Shown piece after piece: positions 60,601-64,000 of a stretch of DNA of 64,000 nucleotides. The stretch is from positions 613,056,001 to 613,120,000 of the forward strand of contig NC_067400.1 of NCBI RefSeq assembly GCF_016432865.1, in the 5' to 3' direction. Source of the stretch: Antechinus flavipes (Eukaryota). Below the pieces are notes generated by a model, which was not told where the DNA came from, made no database searches, and saw nothing but the letters and a program-made list of their open reading frames with translations. Each line of letters opens with the position of its first letter. The stretch's first letter is position 1. Position numbers and translations under genes: made by a program.

Positions 60601-63447
60601 CTTCCTGGGTGAGGGGGCCTTTGGCCTTAATGCCCTAAAGCATCCCCTTCCCATAGAGCTTCCCCTTCCCACTGGAGCATCCCACACTCGTCCCCTGCGT
60701 ATCATTCCCTCGTGCGCTAACCTGACCGGGGCCCCGGCTCGTTTCGGGATGAGGGGGGCGGGCTGGAGCGCTGTGCCCACGTCCCTCTTTGGTTTACGGT
60801 CCCTGGTTCACCTTCCCGTACCTGTGGCCCCCTCCTGTATGTGCCCACCTCCTCCGCCACTTGCGCCTGCGCTGGGCCCTTCCGCGTCCCCCCATACGGC
60901 CAGAGCGATCGGGGCGAGATCAGGACGGACGATGGGCTGGTGAAAGGTCACGCGTACTCCGTCACAGGCACCCACAAGGTGAGTCCCGGCCCCGGGGACT
61001 GGGGACGGGGCCGCCTGAGCCCGAGTAACCCCTCCCTTTCGTGGTCCCCTCAGATGTCCCTGGGGTTCACCAAAGTCAAGCTCCTACGACTTCGCAACCC
61101 ATGGGGCCAAGTGGAATGGAGCGGGGCGTGGAGCGACAGGTGAGGGCCCTGGCGGGGGGCTGGGCCAGACCCCGGGGAAGGCCGGGGGCCCGGAGCTGGG
61201 AGGCTGCCCCCCCCCCTCCTCATCTGCCCCGTCTCCCCCGCAGCTGCCCCCGCTGGGCTGCTCTCCCAGAAGAATGGCGAGAGACTCTGCTGGTGAAGAA
61301 GGAAGATGGAGAATTCTGGTGAGCGCCAAGCCCCCAGCCCAGGCCCCCCACCCTTATGCCTGGGAACTCCTGGCTCGGGGGGTGGGGGGGGGGGCAAAGG
61401 CGGAGGAGCTGAGTCGCTGACAGGGATGGTGCATTAGACCAGAGATGAGGGGATGGAGGGGGGACAGTGAGGATGGAAAAGGGGAGGGAGCAGCGGGCCA
61501 GAAGGAACAGCCTGTGATGGGGGGGTAGGGGGTGGGGGGGAAGGAGTGGGGGGGAGAGGGGGGCAGAAAAGAGGGGGTGGAAAGGAGAAGCAGCAGGGAG
61601 AGCGCAGGGGGAGGGGAGGGGGCCCTGGAAGAGCAGGGGCTAAGAGGTCGTGGGGTCTCCCTCCCAGGATGGAACTGAATGACTTTCTGAAGCACTTCAA
61701 CACAGTCCAGATCTGCTCCTTGAGCCCCGAGGTGCTGGGACCAAAGCCCAAGGGGGGCGGCTGGCACGTGCACACCTTCCAGGGCCGCTGGGTGCGCGGC
61801 TTCAACGCCGGCGGGGGCCAGCCGGGCAGCGGTGAGCCCCGAGGGCGGGCCGAGGGCGGGCGCTTCCGATGAGGGAGTCTGGGTGGGAGATGGAGCCCGC
61901 CTCCCCCTTCTCCCCCAACAGAGACCTTCTGGACAAACCCCCAGTTCCAGCTGACCCTCCAGGACCCCGACGAAGAAGCGGAGGACGACGACGGCCGTCT
62001 GTGGGGGGGCAGGCACCCCAAGTGCACCGTGCTCCTCTCCCTGATCCAGAGGAACCGGAGGCGGCTTCGAGCCCGGGGCGTCTCCTACCTCACCGTGGGC
62101 TTTCACGTTTTCAGGGTGCGGGCAAGGAAATGGGGGGAGCCACGGGGACCTAGGAGGACCGGAGCGGGCAGAGAACTGGGAAAGGGGAGGCACGCAGCAA
62201 CAACTGGGAGGGGGGGACACAGGGCCTGAGAGGGGAGAGGAAGGAGGCTGCTGGGGTCAGCCTTGACCCTGTACCCGTTTTCTATCCCACAGATTCCAGA
62301 AGAGGTAACGCCATCGAAAACAAGCCTCCTCTCAGCAGACCCCGTCAGGGTCTGGGGCCGGGACTTTGGGGTGGGGGTGTCAGGGAGGTTTGGGGGGAGC
62401 CTCATCCACCCTAACCTCCCCTCCCCCAGCTCCTGGACCTGCAGGACTCCCCCCGGCGCCGGGAGCTGCTGACCGGCCTTCTGCGGGCCGACCGGTCCCC
62501 GTTCAGCATCCGCCGGGACGTGAGCCGCCGCTGCCGCCTGGCACCGGGGCACTACCTAGTGGTCCCCAGCACCGCCCACGCGGGAGAGGAGGCCGACTTC
62601 ACGCTGCGCATCTTCACAGAGCGCCAGCACGCAGCCATGTGAGCCACCCTTGTCCCTGGGAGCCGGAGGCGGCGCTGACCCCCCAACCCCCAGCTGGGCG
62701 ACCGTGGGTGCCCCCCGACCCGTCCCACTTCTTATCCCCTCTGTAAAACGATGGGTCTGCCCCAGAAGTGCTCTGAGGTCCCATAAAATCACAGCTTTTG
62801 GCCCAAGTGTTCGGGCTCTCCGACTGGCCGCACCCTGATAAAGAGCAGTCAGCGGACCCCAGGCCGGAGCTGAAGGCCCCCAGAGGCTCCCTGGTCCCAC
62901 TCTCCTCCATGGACCCCATTTTACAGAGAAGACCCAAAGTCTCCGAGGGAGACGAGCACCCATCCCCATCCCACTGGGCTCTTCCCAACCTGGAGCCCCC
63001 AACTCCAGCCCTCGCCCAAATGGGCGTCCCGCCGACCTCCTGGGAGGCCGTGCTGAGATGTCTCCCGTCTTCCTCACAGGGAAATGGACAACGCTGTCAG
63101 TGCCGACCTTCAGGTGCTCAAGGTGAGGCAGGGTCAGGGGCAAGGGGTGCTCAGGAGGGCCCGGGCGTGGCCCTGGGCGGTGACGGCCTTCTCTCCCCCA
63201 GAGCCCCTCGGCCCCCCTGGAGTTTGACCTAGAACAGCTGTTTGAAGAGCTGGCTGGACAGGTGAGGGAGCAGAGGGGACGACGGAGTCAGAGGGAGAGC
63301 CGGAGGGGAAGGTGGGACAGATGTTCCCCGTGGGAAAGGCAGGGAAGGCTTAATGCCCCCCCCTTGCCTTCTTTCCCCAGGAAGAAGAGATCGGGGTGCA
63401 CCAGCTGCAGACCCTACTCAGCATAGCTCTGGAGCCTGCAGACTGGG
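57697..63447 (+). CDS. CAPN12: Calpain-12, exons 1-15 (partial; gene continues beyond the window)
   Basis: Exons 57697-57927, 58838-58907, 59023-59141, 59656-59789, 60251-60419, 60904-60978, 61054-61139, 61244-61318, 61668-61831, 61922-62115, 62293-62304, 62430-62638, 63080-63122, 63202-63261, 63381-63447; phases consistent. Catalytic triad intact: QGRLGNCWFL, KGHAYS, RNPWG. The N-terminus RVTIQLV and [16 protein letters not shown] are CAPN12-like. Confidence 0.95.
58365..58810. repeat. 28-bp G-rich minisatellite, ~16 units, CAPN12 intron 1
   Basis: Unit GGGCCTGGTTCTGGGGAGCGGGATGGTT with ..GATGGACGA and ..GATAGTT variants. Confidence 0.97.
59532..59627. repeat. 21-bp G-rich tandem repeat, CAPN12 intron 3
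   Basis: GGGAAGGGCCCGGGCCGGCCG x2 then GGGAAGGGCCCGGGATAGCCA x2, plus a partial unit. Confidence 0.9.
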
Positions 63448-64000
63448 GTGAGTCCTGTACGAGGCCACGGGCATCGGGGTGGGAGGTCACTGGATCAGGC
63501 TCGGAAGACCTGGGTGCAAACCCACTACGTCCTGCCCATGGCTACAGAGGGTTCTTGGGAGCAATTGGGGTACCCACACAGACACTGACCAGGAGGCAGA
63601 AAGAACCAGGAGGTCAGAGGGGAGAAGGCTGACCCCAAAAGGAAGGCAGGAAGAACCTTGTTGCCTTTCCATGACTGAAGACCTGGAGCAGGGCTACCAC
63701 CTGAGCACAGGAGGCTGGGAGTGGAGAAAAGCCTGCTGATGCCCCTCAGGCGACTCTTGTGGGGGGAGCCCAGAAATCACGGAGGGGGTTACAAAGTCCT
63801 CCCTGAAGAACGGAAGACCTCAGGGAATAGGATGGGGTTTGTTCTGAAATCTCTGCAGATCAGCAGGCCCTAAAGGACGGGAGTTGGATTTCTGGGCTGT
63901 GGCTTAAAATACAAGGATGTTGGACACTTGACCAGGGATGGAGGGCACCCAGTGAGAAACCCGACTGGCTTAGGGCACAAGGCCCCCAAACAGAAAGTGG

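Overview
Eukaryotic (marsupial, most likely dasyurid-type; inferred from WSINE1-like SINEs, MAR1-like CORE-SINEs and marsupial L1 3' ends) genomic DNA syntenic to the human 19q13.2 HNRNPL-ECH1-LGALS4-LGALS7-CAPN12 block. All recognisable genes are on the + strand. The window holds the probable last ~150 nt of the HNRNPL 3' UTR, complete 10-exon ECH1 (321 aa, C-terminal SKL), complete 10-exon LGALS4 (324 aa), complete 4-exon LGALS7 (138 aa) and exons 1-15 of CAPN12, which runs off the window. I rebuilt every exon by hand from GT-AG boundaries with consistent phases. The 12-21 kb and 24-57 kb intervals are mostly L1, L2, CR1/L3, MIR/MAR1 and WSINE relics plus three assembly gaps. Most ORFs in the supplied track are spurious GC-rich, intronic or repeat read-throughs. 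I found no convincing new protein-coding gene or new multi-gene system. The most notable items are: a TSD-flanked L1 insertion apparently carrying a 3' transduction, nested in another L1; a ~1.2 kb 31-bp minisatellite with ~20 perfect ETS sites just upstream of CAPN12; a seven-fold YY1/ATG array at the ECH1 start; an HCNPR variant of the galectin-7 sugar-binding motif; and serial retro-insertions into one target site.
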